Source: Flavobacteriales bacterium (GTDB taxonomy: Bacteria > Bacteroidota > Bacteroidia > Flavobacteriales_D > Sanyastnellaceae). Taken from it: a DNA stretch of 64,000 nucleotides. The translations under genes and the position numbers were made by a program. The DNA lies in assembly GCA_002863145.1 (NCBI GenBank), contig PKDW01000164.1, positions 25 through 64,024 on the forward strand. The letters run 5' to 3'. A model generated the notes under the pieces. The model was not told the DNA's origin. It searched no databases and worked only from the letters and a program-made list of their open reading frames with translations. This document shows positions 63,006 to 64,000 of this stretch, in pieces; positions within the stretch are counted from its first letter, which is position 1; every line of letters begins with the position of its first letter.

Positions 63006-64000
63006 TCAGAATCGTGCGGAGAGCGTGGCGCGCAGGTTTCGACCCGGCGCCGAAATGCCCGACCCAAAAGTCCTGTAGTGGAGGTCCAACAAATTCAATC
63101 CCGACAGGCGCACTTCGAGGCGGTCCGTGACCTGCATGGCGCCTTCCACGTTCCACGTCGCCCAACCCGGGGAGCCCTCGGGCAAGGCCTCCTGCAAATT
63201 GTCCGTGGAGCCCGGCCCAAAGTCCGAAGCGGCCTTGGCGAAAGCGTACCTCACCGACGTACTCAAGCGGGTCATGGCGCCTTTTCGTACCACCTCAACG
63301 ACCCCAAACGTGGGAGGGATGTGGGACAGCGGCGTGGCCGCGTCGTCCAAACTAGAGCCCAGCGTCCAATTGATGACCGACCGGAACGTGGTTTTGGGCC
63401 ACAGGCGGGCGGAGACTTCTAGACGGGCGCCACGCACCCATGCACGGTCGATGTTTTGGTTCATCTGGATGCGCGTCGAATCGCCATCAATCACGAGGAT
63501 GGTGTCCCCTGCAAGCGAGGCATCCGCTTGGACAATGGCGTCACGCCAGAGGCTGGCAAACGCGGCGGCTTGGACCACGAGTGCATCCGATTGGGGCCGC
63601 AGCGACCAGGTCAACCCCTGTTCCGCTGTGTAGAGGTATTCGGGCTTCAGGTCGGCGTTGGGCACCAACACAAAGCCGTTTTTTTCCCGCACCTTGCCCA
63701 AATCGTCCACGTTGGGGTGTCGGAACCCACTGGACAGCGAACTCAGCGTCTGAAGCTGCGAAGACCATTTGGCGCTCCACGACGCGCTTCCCGTCAGGGC
63801 GCCTTTCGATTGGTCAAACGTGCGCACCGGCAGGTCGAGCCAAGTCGTATCCAGGAAGGTCGAATGCACCGCGGCGTGGCTGTATCGCACGCCGCCCCGC
63901 AACGTGTGAGGTCCCCACGTCCGTCGAGCCGAACCAAATGCACCCAAGGTGCGCATCGTGGACCCGCCGTCTGCGTAGCGCGTCAAGTCCGCCTGCGTCA
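63006..64000 (-). CDS. TonB-dependent receptor, C-terminal part (gene continues beyond the right edge)
   Basis: Beta-barrel strand pattern. Terminal ...RTFGSGISAPGRNLRATLSARF with the C-terminal aromatic residue. The reading frame stays open to position 64000. Confidence 0.7.
   Translation of the reverse strand, partial: TQADLTRYADGGSTMRTLGAFGSARRTWGPHTLRGGVRYSHAAVHSTFLDTTWLDLPVRTFDQSKGALTGSASWSAKWSSQLQTLSSLSSGFRHPNVDDLGKVREKNGFVLVPNADLKPEYLYTAEQGLTWSLRPQSDALVVQAAAFASLWRDAIVQADASLAGDTILVIDGDSTRIQMNQNIDRAWVRGARLEVSARLWPKTTFRSVINWTLGSSLDDAATPLSHIPPTFGVVEVVRKGAMTRLSTSVRYAFAKAASDFGPGSTDNLQEALPEGSPGWATWNVEGAMQVTDRLEVRLSGLNLLDLHYRTFGSGISAPGRNLRATLSARF

Overview
This 64-kb window reads as chromosomal DNA from a Bacteroidota (Flavobacteriia-like) organism with unusually high GC for that phylum. 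Hand counts on single 60-nt lines give 38/60 and 40/60 in core genes. The lineage call rests on eight ORFs ending in T9SS-type C-terminal sorting domains, gldH, SprB-type repeats, and the DUF4271-hemD-rnpA and DUF2480-polA neighbourhoods. I call about 57 protein genes and one tRNA-Thr(CGU). I see no rRNA, no CRISPR array and no transposase, integrase or phage gene. Housekeeping content includes metG, asd, purD, purQ, dxs, polA, holB, kbl, rnpA, an S41 peptidase, ferritin and LPS-core/O-antigen-ligase genes. The accessory content is the more interesting part. (1) A low-GC three-gene operon encodes an MbnP-like protein, a di-haem MbnH/MauG-like peroxidase and a small cargo protein, and both non-haem proteins carry T9SS export domains. 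(2) A 47-nt box occurs three times in one orientation in intergenic DNA (158-204, 3146-3192, 5270-5316), including upstream of that operon. (3) alkB-tetR is preceded by two copies of an 18-bp palindrome. (4) A tightly packed module encodes an arylsulfotransferase-like protein, a 44-aa membrane peptide and a membrane-anchored PAPS-type sulfotransferase, just downstream of two T9SS cargo genes. (5) A translationally coupled string encodes YfiR-like, TPR, HAMP-PP2C phosphatase and ClC channel proteins. (6) Several large Cys-rich or repeat-rich surface proteins are present. I found no recognisable defence island or mobile element, and none of these candidate systems is proven. All product calls come from motif recognition by eye on the supplied translations, with no database search. 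Because of the high GC, the ORF track is full of long antisense shadow ORFs and false N-terminal extensions, which I rejected.
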